This document shows positions 17,376-25,682 of a stretch of 64,000 bases of DNA, piece by piece. The stretch lies in assembly GCA_963664825.1 (NCBI GenBank), contig OY761614.1:3392001-3456000 (forward strand), given 5' to 3'. This DNA comes from an uncultured Holophaga sp. GTDB taxonomy: Bacteria > Acidobacteriota > Holophagae > Holophagales > Holophagaceae. The notes under the pieces are model-generated. The model was not told where the DNA came from. It saw only the letters and a list, made by a program, of their open reading frames with translations, and searched no databases. The stretch's first letter is position 1. Every line of letters begins with the position of its first letter. The position numbers and the translations under genes were made by a program.

Positions 17376-20291
17376 CTAGAAGGGACGATCCCCCTGGCCG
17401 CCCAGGGGTTGGTAGTACTCGTTGCCCCCGAAGGGCACGGGGTTGGCCTTGATGTGCTCCAGCTCGTCATACAGATCGGAGCCCAGGAAGTATTTCTTGG
17501 GGGGCAGCACCTTCCCGCCGGAGGCGATGAGATCGAGCCCGGCCTTGACCTTCTCAGGGGTGGCCGGCATCTCGAAGATCCGCACGCCGCAAGCGTTGTG
17601 GATGGCGTTCAGCACGGCCATATGCCCGCTGGCCTGGAAGGCCTCGGAAGCCCCTGAGGAGCCCCAGGGACCGTGCTCGTTGTACTTCTCCATGTGGACC
17701 ACGGTGATCTCGTCGGGGATGTCCTTGATGTAGGGCACGCCGCTGTTATCGATATTGGTGTGCTTGGTGACATCGTCGTAGTTCTCGCTCAGGGCGAAGC
17801 CGATGCTATGGGAGATCCCTCCGAAGGCCTGGCCGTTGACCGCGTCGATATTGCCGATCTTGCCGACCTCATCGACGCAGACGAAGCGGATCACCCGGGT
17901 CTTGCCGGTGGAGGCGTCGACTTCCACTTCGGCCAGGTTCAGGGCGTAGGTGTAGGCCGGGGACGGATTGCCGATGCCGGTATTGGGGTCGAGGCGGCTC
18001 AGGCCCGGGGTGACGGCGGTCTCGTAGCGGCCTGTGACCTTCACCGGGATATGCTCGGCCACCATCTCGGCGTGGGTGCGATAGGTGCCATCGGCCTTGC
18101 GCATGGCGGCCATGAGCTTCTCGCCGGCAACGCGGGTGGCGTGGCCATTCATGTAGTGGGAGCGGCTCCCGGCCGACATGCCGCTATCGGGACAGAGCTT
18201 GGTGTCGCTCTGCACCAGGTGGATCTGCTCGGGCGTGAGGCCCAGGGGCTTGAGAGCTTCGAGGGTCACCATCACCGAACCGATATCGCCCCCCTGCCCC
18301 AGTTCCTGCCAGGTGTCGTGCTTGGTGATGCTGCCATCGGGGTTCAGTTCGAGGGTGATGGTGGCGTTATCCGTGCCGCCCTCGGTCACGTTGAAGGCGC
18401 CCCAGGCCAGGCCCACGCCCCGCCGGATCTGCGGGGTGTCCTTGGCCTTGGCCTCCTCCACGGCCCGCTCGTAGTAGGGGCGCATGGCCTTCATCATGTC
18501 CTCCATGGGGTACTGCATGAAGGCATGGCTATTGAGGTTGGTGTCCCCGGGGCGGGCGATATTGCGCCAGCGGAACTCGAAGGGATCGATGCCCGTCTCT
18601 TCGGCCAGCATATCCATGAGGGCCTCGCTGAGGGTGTAGGCCTGGGGGGAACCATAGCTGCGATAGGCAGTGCCGAAGGTGTGGTTGGTGTTGGCGACCC
18701 GCACAAGACCTGCCACGTGGGGCACCACATAGGGGAAGAAGGCGAAGCGGGCGGGCTTGATGATGACGTCGTCACCGCCCCAGGAATAGGCACCGTGATC
18801 CATGCCCAGTTCGAATTCGGCGGCCGTGATCCTGCCCTCGGAATCGCAGGCGAGGCGGCCATTGGAATACGAAGGGCAGCGCTTCCCGGAGAAGTGCTGG
18901 TGTTCTTCATAGGTCATGGAGAGGGCCACGGGCATCCCCGTGACCACAGTGGCCGCCCCGGCCAGCACCAGGTCGCCGGCGTTGGTGGACCATCCGAAGC
19001 TCGCGCCGGTGGGGTTCATGATGATCCGCAGTTTGTCCTTGGGGCACAAGCAATTGCCGATGCGGCCCAGGGCGGAATAGACGCCCTGGCTCTTGCACTG
19101 GATGGCCAGGTTGCCATCCTCGTCGAAGTAGGACTGGACCGTGCAGCCTTCGATGGAGAGATGGGGTTCCCGGGTGGAGTGGAAGCTGCCCGCCACGCGA
19201 TGGGCGGAACCCTCGATCAGGTCGGCCACCCGGCTGGGCTCTTCCAGGGCCACGCCCTTGAGCACGGGCTGTTCGGAAAAGATATTGGGGGTGTCGGCGT
19301 GGATGCGCATGGCGTCCGGCATGACCGCATCCAGGTAGTTGAGGTACTCGGGCAGCTTCTCGATCTCCACCTTCACCTTGGCGGCGGCGGCCCGGGCGTG
19401 GGCCTTGGTATCGGCCACGGCCACGGCCACCACGTCGCCGTAGCGGTAGATCTTGTCATCGCAGATCGCCTTGCGACTGGGCACCAGCACCGTCGTGCGC
19501 TCGTGGAACTGGCCCTCGGACATGATATTGGTGCCACCGGCGGCGATGAGGTCCTGGGCGGTGACGATCTTCACCACGCCGGGCATCTGCTCGGCTTCGC
19601 GGGTGTCGATCTTGAGGATCTTGGCGTGGTGAGCGAGCTTGGGCTGCACGATGGCGGCGTGGAGGCTCTCGGCGGGCATCTTCAGTTCCTGGTCATCGCC
19701 ATAGTCGGCAAGACCACAGACCTTGGCCAAGGCCGTGGGCCGCACCACGGGCTTCCCGTAGTACTCGCCATCCTTGGGGTTCTGGAAGGAGATCTCCTCG
19801 AGGGTGGCCTCCCCGCGCATCACCTTGGCGGCCGCCATCACGGCGTCGATGATCTGCACGTAGCCGGTGCAGCGGCAGACATTCTTGTGCTTCTGGAACC
19901 AGTCGCGCGCCTCCTCACGAGTCGGGCTGGGGTTCTCCTGCAGCAGGGCGTAGGTGGAGACGATGAAGCCCGGAACGCAGAAGCCGCACTGCACCGCCCC
20001 CAGGTTCATCCAGGCCACCTGGATGGGATGCAGGTGGGTGGGGGTGCCGATGCCCTCGATGGTCAGCACCTTGCTGTACTCGGGGATGGACCGGATCCGG
20101 CGGACGCAGGATCGCACCAGCTTGCCATCCAGGATCACCGTGCAGGCGCCGCAGACGCCCTTGCCGCAACCAACCTTGGTGCCCGTCAGCCCCATCCGCC
20201 GCACAACGTCGGCCAGCGTGTCCTTCTCGGGATCGCAGATGAACATGCGATTGGCGCCATTGATATTGAGCCACATCTTCCTGAGCTGCAT
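17376..20291 (-). CDS. mop: Molybdopterin-dependent aldehyde oxidoreductase (Mop type, fused 2x[2Fe-2S] + Moco domains)
   Basis: GTKVGCGKGVCGAC, QCGFC, NVCRCTGY, then xanthine-oxidase-family Moco domains (GASFG, AYRSYGSPQ, GSRS, SGASE). Confidence 0.92.
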   Translation of the reverse strand: MQLRKMWLNINGANRMFICDPEKDTLADVVRRMGLTGTKVGCGKGVCGACTVILDGKLVRSCVRRIRSIPEYSKVLTIEGIGTPTHLHPIQVAWMNLGAVQCGFCVPGFIVSTYALLQENPSPTREEARDWFQKHKNVCRCTGYVQIIDAVMAAAKVMRGEATLEEISFQNPKDGEYYGKPVVRPTALAKVCGLADYGDDQELKMPAESLHAAIVQPKLAHHAKILKIDTREAEQMPGVVKIVTAQDLIAAGGTNIMSEGQFHERTTVLVPSRKAICDDKIYRYGDVVAVAVADTKAHARAAAAKVKVEIEKLPEYLNYLDAVMPDAMRIHADTPNIFSEQPVLKGVALEEPSRVADLIEGSAHRVAGSFHSTREPHLSIEGCTVQSYFDEDGNLAIQCKSQGVYSALGRIGNCLCPKDKLRIIMNPTGASFGWSTNAGDLVLAGAATVVTGMPVALSMTYEEHQHFSGKRCPSYSNGRLACDSEGRITAAEFELGMDHGAYSWGGDDVIIKPARFAFFPYVVPHVAGLVRVANTNHTFGTAYRSYGSPQAYTLSEALMDMLAEETGIDPFEFRWRNIARPGDTNLNSHAFMQYPMEDMMKAMRPYYERAVEEAKAKDTPQIRRGVGLAWGAFNVTEGGTDNATITLELNPDGSITKHDTWQELGQGGDIGSVMVTLEALKPLGLTPEQIHLVQSDTKLCPDSGMSAGSRSHYMNGHATRVAGEKLMAAMRKADGTYRTHAEMVAEHIPVKVTGRYETAVTPGLSRLDPNTGIGNPSPAYTYALNLAEVEVDASTGKTRVIRFVCVDEVGKIGNIDAVNGQAFGGISHSIGFALSENYDDVTKHTNIDNSGVPYIKDIPDEITVVHMEKYNEHGPWGSSGASEAFQASGHMAVLNAIHNACGVRIFEMPATPEKVKAGLDLIASGGKVLPPKKYFLGSDLYDELEHIKANPVPFGGNEYYQPLGGQGDRPF

Positions 20292-20319
20292 GGGGACCTC
20301 CGTGGGTGGGAAAATTCGG

Positions 20320-20724
20320 TCAATCGAATGTGTAGCCGTAGCTTTCCAGAATGGCCTTCATCTGGACATAGGTCGCCTCCACCACGGCCCCGCAGCGCGC
20401 GGGCCTATTCAGGGGCTCCCCGGCGAGGATCTCGGCGCAATTGGCGCCCCCGTAGGTGGGGCCCAGGGTGTGGACGAACCACTCCGAGAGCTCCGGCACG
20501 CAGGCCTTGGCCCGTTCCGGATCCAGCACGTGCATGGCGCAGGCCGCGCCCGTAAGCGCGCCGCAGAGGAGGCCGCCCTGGACGCCACCGCAGAGGCCGC
20601 GCATGGCCTGCAGGAGTTGGTCGTTGCGCTGGCCCTTGGATTCCAGGGCCATCCGCACGAGCGCCACCGCGCAGCACTCCCCTCCGCGCAGGAGATCATG
20701 GAGGCGATTAACGTCATTGAGCAT
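20320..20724 (-). CDS. C-GCAxxG-C-C family redox protein (DVU_1555-like)
   Basis: ECCAVA, GLCGG, LCGALTGA, NCAEI, RCGAVV pattern. Start at MLNDVNR. Confidence 0.85.
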   Translation of the reverse strand: MLNDVNRLHDLLRGGECCAVALVRMALESKGQRNDQLLQAMRGLCGGVQGGLLCGALTGAACAMHVLDPERAKACVPELSEWFVHTLGPTYGGANCAEILAGEPLNRPARCGAVVEATYVQMKAILESYGYTFD

Positions 20725-21094
20725 GGTGCGCGCAAGACCCAGAAAACACGTGAACCCCATCCTGTGGTGAGAGGTGACCCGATGCGAATACCGCAAATCC
20801 AGTGGATCGGCCGGTGGGAACTGGACCGATATTCCCAGAGGAACCTCGTGCATCACAAGATTTTTGAGGGGGGAAAAAAGACCCCAATCCGGGCCTACCC
20901 CAGCCCCATCACGCATTCTCGTGATTCAACTAGAGATAGACAGGGCAATGCCCACCCCAAAAAAACGTTCTTCCGTGCGCTGTATTTGAGGACAACTTTC
21001 GACTCGTCAAAAGACCCGACCCACGCTTCGGCATGGGCGTTGGGAGAAAGAGAGGCCTGTGCCATCTTCATCCTGGACTACACTCGGTAGGATC

Positions 21095-21475
21095 ATGAGC
21101 CAACCAGGATTCGCATCCATCAAGATTCGCCTCCGCCAGGGCGATGGCTATGCCATGGGCCCCGGCAAGGCCGATCTCCTGGAAGCCATCCAGGAGACGA
21201 AGTCCATCGCCGCCGCCGGGCGCAAACTGGGCCTCAGCTATTCGAAATCCCGGCATCTGCTGGACGAATTGAACCGCGATTTCGAATCGCCCCTGGTGAT
21301 CGCCACCAAGGGCGGGAGTTCCGGAGGCGGATCCCAGTTGACCGAACAGGGGCAACAGATCCTGGTCCAGTTTCGGAGCATGGAGGCCCGGGCCCGGGAG
21401 GCCATCGCGCCCCTGGTGGAGGATTTCAAGAAATTCATGCCCGGGATGAGCCATCGCAAGGCACAGCAGACGTGA
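21095..21475 (+). CDS. ModE-family winged-helix regulator (N-terminal domain only, no TOBE)
   Basis: MGPGKADLLEAIQETKSIAAAGRKLGLSY..LV...GG..GGGS.LT; 126 aa. Confidence 0.88.
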   Translation: MSQPGFASIKIRLRQGDGYAMGPGKADLLEAIQETKSIAAAGRKLGLSYSKSRHLLDELNRDFESPLVIATKGGSSGGGSQLTEQGQQILVQFRSMEARAREAIAPLVEDFKKFMPGMSHRKAQQT

Positions 21476-21546
21476 TTCGTGAGCAGGCATGATCAGGCCT
21501 GGGATGACACGGGCCAGGTTCGGCATTCAGTTCTGGAGGCACTCCC

Positions 21547-21828
21547 ATGTTCAAGACAAACCAGTACTTCGATGGGAAGGTGACCTCCATCGCCTTCCAG
21601 ACAGCCGAAGGCCCCGCCACCTTAGGCGTGATGGCTCCCGGCGAGTATGAATTCGGCACCAGCACCCTGGAGATCATGAACGTCGTCATCGGCGAACTGG
21701 TGGTCAAGCTGCCCAATAGCGCCCACTGGAAGGCCTACCAGGCCGGAACCTCCTTCACCGTGGAGGCGAACCAGAAGTTCCAGCTCAGGGTCGCCGTCGA
21801 TTCCGCCTACCTCTGCCTCTACCAGTAG
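21547..21828 (+). CDS. ppnP: Pyrimidine/purine nucleoside phosphorylase (YaiE/DUF1255)
   Basis: [30 protein letters not shown]. Strong GGAGG RBS. Confidence 0.92.
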   Translation: MFKTNQYFDGKVTSIAFQTAEGPATLGVMAPGEYEFGTSTLEIMNVVIGELVVKLPNSAHWKAYQAGTSFTVEANQKFQLRVAVDSAYLCLYQ

Positions 21829-21840
21829 CGGCGCTGGCCC

Positions 21841-23268
21841 TCAGCGGGAGGTCCTGGGGATCTGGGACCATTCGGTGTGGATGGCGACCCCTGGGCGATC
21901 CAACCGCTCGTAGGTGTGGGCTCCGAAGTAATCCCGCTGGGCCTGGATGAGGGAGGCGCTGCCCCGGGAGACGCGGAGGCTATCGAACCAGGAGAGGGAC
22001 GCCGCCAGACCGGGGATGGGCAGGCCCGAGGCCGCGGCCCCAGCGACCACGCGCCTCCAGGCGGGCAGCCGCTTTTGCAGGGCCTCCCGGAAGCCGGGGG
22101 CGAAGCAGAGGAGTTCGAGCCCGGCCTCCCGGCCGAAGGCCTCCCGGATCGTATCCAGCAGACGGGCCCGGATGATGCAGCCCCCCGTCCAGATCCGGGC
22201 CACCTCCCCCAGATCCGTGCCATAGGCCCGGGCCTCGCTGCCGGCGCGGAGCAGATCGAAGCCCTGGGCGTAGCTGGCGAGCTTGGCGGCATAGAGGGCT
22301 TCCTTCAGGTCCTGGAGCGTGACGCCCTCCAGGGGGCTCGGATTCCCTGGAAAGAGGGCCGCCGCCCTTAGGCGCCGCGGGCGCTGGGCGCTCAGGCAGC
22401 GGGCCTCCACCGCAGCTGCGATGGTGGGGATGGGCACGCCCAGTTCGGCAGCCGCCATGACGGTCCACCGCCCCGTGCCCTTCTGGCCCGCCTGATCCAG
22501 GATGGCGTCCACCAGGGGAGATCCAGGATTTTCGGGATCCTCCGCCCGGAGGACCTCCGCGGCCACTTCCACCAGGTAGCTCTCCAGCTCCCCCTGGTTC
22601 CATCCCTCGAAGGCCTGGGCGGCCCGGTCCGCGGAGAGCCCCAGGCCCTGGCGCAGCAGCGTCACCGTCTCGGCGATGAGCTGCATGTCGCCATACTCGA
22701 TGCCGTTATGGACCATCTTCACGAAGTGGCCCGCCGATCCCTTCCCGCAATGGGTGACGCAAGCGCCCGAAGCGCTGCGGGCCGCGATGGATTCCAGGAT
22801 GGGCCGCAGGCGCTCATAGGCTTCCTTGGAGCCTCCGGGCATGAGGGCCGGCCCCAGGAGCGCCCCCTCCTCTCCGCCCGAGACCCCCATGCCGAGGAAA
22901 TCCCAGGGGCGGGTTCTGTTTCCCAGGCCCCGGCGCTCCGTATCCAGGTAGAGGCTATTGCCCCCATCCACCACCACGTCCCCTGCTTCCAGCAGAGGAT
23001 CCAGCTGGCCCAGGACCGCGTCCACGGCCGGACCGGCCTGGACCATGACGAGGATCTTCCGGGGCCTGGCCAGGGAGCGCACGAAGACTTCCGGGTTTTC
23101 AAAAATCGCGAGGCCTGCCTCGGGATGCGCGGACTGGAGGCGCCGGGAGACTTCCGGGCTCCGGTTGTAGCCCGCCACCCGGAGCCCTCGGCTGGCCAGG
23201 TTCCGGGCCAGGCTCGCCCCCATCACGCTCAGGCCGTAGACGCCGATCTCGTTCAGGTTTTCCATCAT
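21841..23268 (-). CDS. gndA: NADP-dependent 6-phosphogluconate dehydrogenase
   Basis: GLSVMG, GVSGGEEGA, GHFVKMVHNGIEY, QKGTGRWT, IQAQRDYFGAHTY. Confidence 0.96.
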   Translation of the reverse strand: MMENLNEIGVYGLSVMGASLARNLASRGLRVAGYNRSPEVSRRLQSAHPEAGLAIFENPEVFVRSLARPRKILVMVQAGPAVDAVLGQLDPLLEAGDVVVDGGNSLYLDTERRGLGNRTRPWDFLGMGVSGGEEGALLGPALMPGGSKEAYERLRPILESIAARSASGACVTHCGKGSAGHFVKMVHNGIEYGDMQLIAETVTLLRQGLGLSADRAAQAFEGWNQGELESYLVEVAAEVLRAEDPENPGSPLVDAILDQAGQKGTGRWTVMAAAELGVPIPTIAAAVEARCLSAQRPRRLRAAALFPGNPSPLEGVTLQDLKEALYAAKLASYAQGFDLLRAGSEARAYGTDLGEVARIWTGGCIIRARLLDTIREAFGREAGLELLCFAPGFREALQKRLPAWRRVVAGAAASGLPIPGLAASLSWFDSLRVSRGSASLIQAQRDYFGAHTYERLDRPGVAIHTEWSQIPRTSR

Positions 23269-24107
23269 GCACCTCTCTGCCTTAAAGGGGGGACCGCCTG
23301 CTCAATTTTGGCTCGCTTCCCGCCTATCGCAGGCTCCACTGGAGCCTGCTCCCAATCGTGCGTTGCGCGATTAGAGGCGGGCCCCTTGTCCCCCCTTTGC
23401 CCCCCACGGGGTGTCCAGGCAGAGCCCGGACACCCCGTCTGAAGTTCCAGATCCGTAATCACCGTCAGCTTTCCCAGGGAGGATCCGGGCAGGGCCGGAT
23501 CCTCCTGGAGCAGCCGCTCGAGGGCCCCGCGCTTGGATTCACCGGAGACAGCCAGGATGCATTCCGCGGCCGCCAGCAAGGGCAGGCTCAGACTGATCCG
23601 ACAGGCTGGAGGCTTGGGGCTATCCTCCACGGCCTGCACCAGGGCCGACAGGGGCCTCCAGGGATGGCCTGGGAAGAGCGAGGCGATGTGGCCGTCCTCC
23701 CCCAGGCCCAGCAGCGCCAGATCGAGGCCTCCCCCGAAGGATGTCTCCAGGACCCCTTGCACCCGGGCGCAGGCCTCCTGCGGGCTTTCGCCCTCCAGGA
23801 AGAGGGGCAGTTCCAGCTCCAGAGGATCCGTCGCCTTCAGAACCCCCCGGCGGTAGGCCTCGCCCCGATTGGAATCCCGGTGGGAAAATGGGACGCAGCG
23901 CTCGTCCACCCAGGTCAGGCGAAGGCTTGCCCAATCGGTTCGCCCGAGACTTTTTCGGGCGTGGCCGAAGGCCTCCAGGGCGCTCCCCCCGGGGATGGCC
24001 AAGCGCACGGATCCCTGGTGTAGGCAGATCCGCGCGATGGCCTCCGCGAGCCTGCCCCCGGCCTCCTCCATCACCCTTGAAGTGCGGACCCAAATGATTT
24101 CACCCAC
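23265..24107 (-). CDS. pgl: 6-phosphogluconolactonase with a C-terminal extension encoded by a palindromic element
   Basis: PGGS, WVDERCVP...SN, LLGLGEDGHIASLFP, SPKPP..RIS. GTG start overlaps the zwf stop. Confidence 0.9.
   Translation of the reverse strand: MGEIIWVRTSRVMEEAGGRLAEAIARICLHQGSVRLAIPGGSALEAFGHARKSLGRTDWASLRLTWVDERCVPFSHRDSNRGEAYRRGVLKATDPLELELPLFLEGESPQEACARVQGVLETSFGGGLDLALLGLGEDGHIASLFPGHPWRPLSALVQAVEDSPKPPACRISLSLPLLAAAECILAVSGESKRGALERLLQEDPALPGSSLGKLTVITDLELQTGCPGSAWTPRGGQRGDKGPASNRATHDWEQAPVEPAIGGKRAKIEQAVPPLRQRGA
23284..23438. repeat. Nested palindromic element inside the 3' end of pgl
   Basis: IR aaaggggggac 23284-23294 / gtccccccttt 23388-23398; ccgcct/aggcgg; gcaggctcca-c-tggagcctgc 23329-23349; aatcgtgc-gtt-gcgcgatt; acggggtgtcc..ggacaccccgt 23406-23438. 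Confidence 0.7.
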
Positions 24108-25611
24108 GGGACCAGGCTCCCTCGCAGCCCTGGAAGAGGGCCTCGGCCTCCGGAGGGCCCCAACTGCCGGAGGGGTACTCCAGCATGGGAGTGCCCTGGC
24201 CTTCCCAGGTGGCGCGCAGGGCGTCGGCGAAGGCCCAGCTGGCCTCCACCTCGTCGGTGCGCAGGAAGAGGGTGGCATCCCCCTGCATGGCGTCCTGGAG
24301 CAGGCGCTCGTAGGCCGTGGCGCCGCTGGGGCCGAAGCGCTCCCGGTAATCGAAGGCGAGTTCGGCGGGGGCCATGGCCTGGCCGCTGCCCGGCGCCTTC
24401 ACGCCAAAGCTCAGGGAAAGGGCCTCCCGGGGCTGGATGCTGAGGGTGAGCAGATTGGGGCGCAGCCGACAGACCGTTCCATCGTCCAGTGTCTGGAGGG
24501 CCCCCCCCTCCATCCGATCGAAGAGCTGGATGGGGGGCACCCGGAAATGCACCTTCACCTCCGTGAAGCGCTTCGGCAGCCGCTTCCCGTGGCGCAGGAG
24601 GAAGGGCACACCCGCCCAGCGCCAGTTCTCGATCATGGCGCGCACGGCCACGAAAGTCTCCGCGGTGGAATCTCCCGGCACGCCCTCTTCCTGGAGGTAC
24701 CCGCGCAGGGGACGCCCCTGGATCTCGCCGGGGCCGTAGCGGGCCCGGACCCCCTGGCCGCCATGGGGCAGCCGCAGAGCCTTCAGGACGCCCACCTTCT
24801 GGTCCCGGATGGCCTCCGGATCCAGCGAAGACGGGGGTTCCATGGCGATGAGGGCCAGGATCTGGAGCATGTGGTTCTGGAGCATATCCCGCAGGGCGCC
24901 CACGGAATCGTAGTAGCCCGCCCGGCCCCGCTCCACCCCCAGTTCTTCGGCCACCGTGATCTCCACCAGCTCCACGTGCTGGCGGTTCCAGAGAGGTTCG
25001 AAGATGGCGTTATTGAAGCGGAAGGCGAACAGGTTCTGGACCGTATCCTTGGCCAGATAGTGATCGATTCGGTAGATCTGGTCCTCCCGCAGCCGGTCAT
25101 GGAGCGCCCGGTTGAGGGCCTGGGCCGAAATCCGGTCGTGGCCGAAGGGCTTCTCGGCCACCAGCCGCCGCCATGGATCCGAAGGCTCCGTCTGCCTCAG
25201 GAGGCCGCATTCCGAAAGGCTCTCCACGGCTGGAATGAAGAGATCGGGCCGGAGGGAGAGGTAGAAGAGCCTCCCGGCCTTTTCCCCCTCGGGCAGCTGG
25301 TCCAAGCGGGACGCCAAGCGCCCCATATCCTCCGGGCTTTGCACATCCCCGGAGACGTAGTGGACGCGCTCGGCCATGGACTGGAAGGCCTCCAACTCCT
25401 CACCCACCAGGGCATCTCCCAGCTGGAGCCGGAAGGCCTCATCGGTCATGGGCCTTCTGGATAGCCCGATGAGGCGAAAGGGGGTGCCCCCCTTGGAGAG
25501 GCGAGCCAGGGCAGGCACCAGTTTCCGAGACGTCAAATCACCACTCGCGCCAAGAATGATGATCTGAACGGGGGGCTGCATATTCACCGGGACTCCTGCA
25601 ATCTCTGCCAT
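24100..25611 (-). CDS. zwf: Glucose-6-phosphate 1-dehydrogenase
   Basis: GASGDL, EKPFG, RIDHYLAK, RDMLQNH, RWAGVPF. Start uncertain (25581-25632). Confidence 0.95.
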   Translation of the reverse strand: MAEIAGVPVNMQPPVQIIILGASGDLTSRKLVPALARLSKGGTPFRLIGLSRRPMTDEAFRLQLGDALVGEELEAFQSMAERVHYVSGDVQSPEDMGRLASRLDQLPEGEKAGRLFYLSLRPDLFIPAVESLSECGLLRQTEPSDPWRRLVAEKPFGHDRISAQALNRALHDRLREDQIYRIDHYLAKDTVQNLFAFRFNNAIFEPLWNRQHVELVEITVAEELGVERGRAGYYDSVGALRDMLQNHMLQILALIAMEPPSSLDPEAIRDQKVGVLKALRLPHGGQGVRARYGPGEIQGRPLRGYLQEEGVPGDSTAETFVAVRAMIENWRWAGVPFLLRHGKRLPKRFTEVKVHFRVPPIQLFDRMEGGALQTLDDGTVCRLRPNLLTLSIQPREALSLSFGVKAPGSGQAMAPAELAFDYRERFGPSGATAYERLLQDAMQGDATLFLRTDEVEASWAFADALRATWEGQGTPMLEYPSGSWGPPEAEALFQGCEGAWSRG

Positions 25612-25682
25612 TTGGATGCCGGAGCTTGACACCTGTTGCTGGGAGCCCCATGGTAGCTGCGCTTTCCTGCAGAGCCCCTTCC

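Noticed and set aside
13527..20724. Selenocysteine recoding in the radical SAM or C-GCAxxG-C-C genes
   Set aside because: All ORFs look full length with Cys at the motifs, and no truncating in-frame TGA was seen.
20730..20960. Moco/Wco riboswitch or sigma54 promoter ahead of the Mop operon
   Set aside because: I could not find the Moco motif blocks. TGGGGTGGGCATTGC has the right spacing but lacks the CAC/CAT core, so it is too weak to call.
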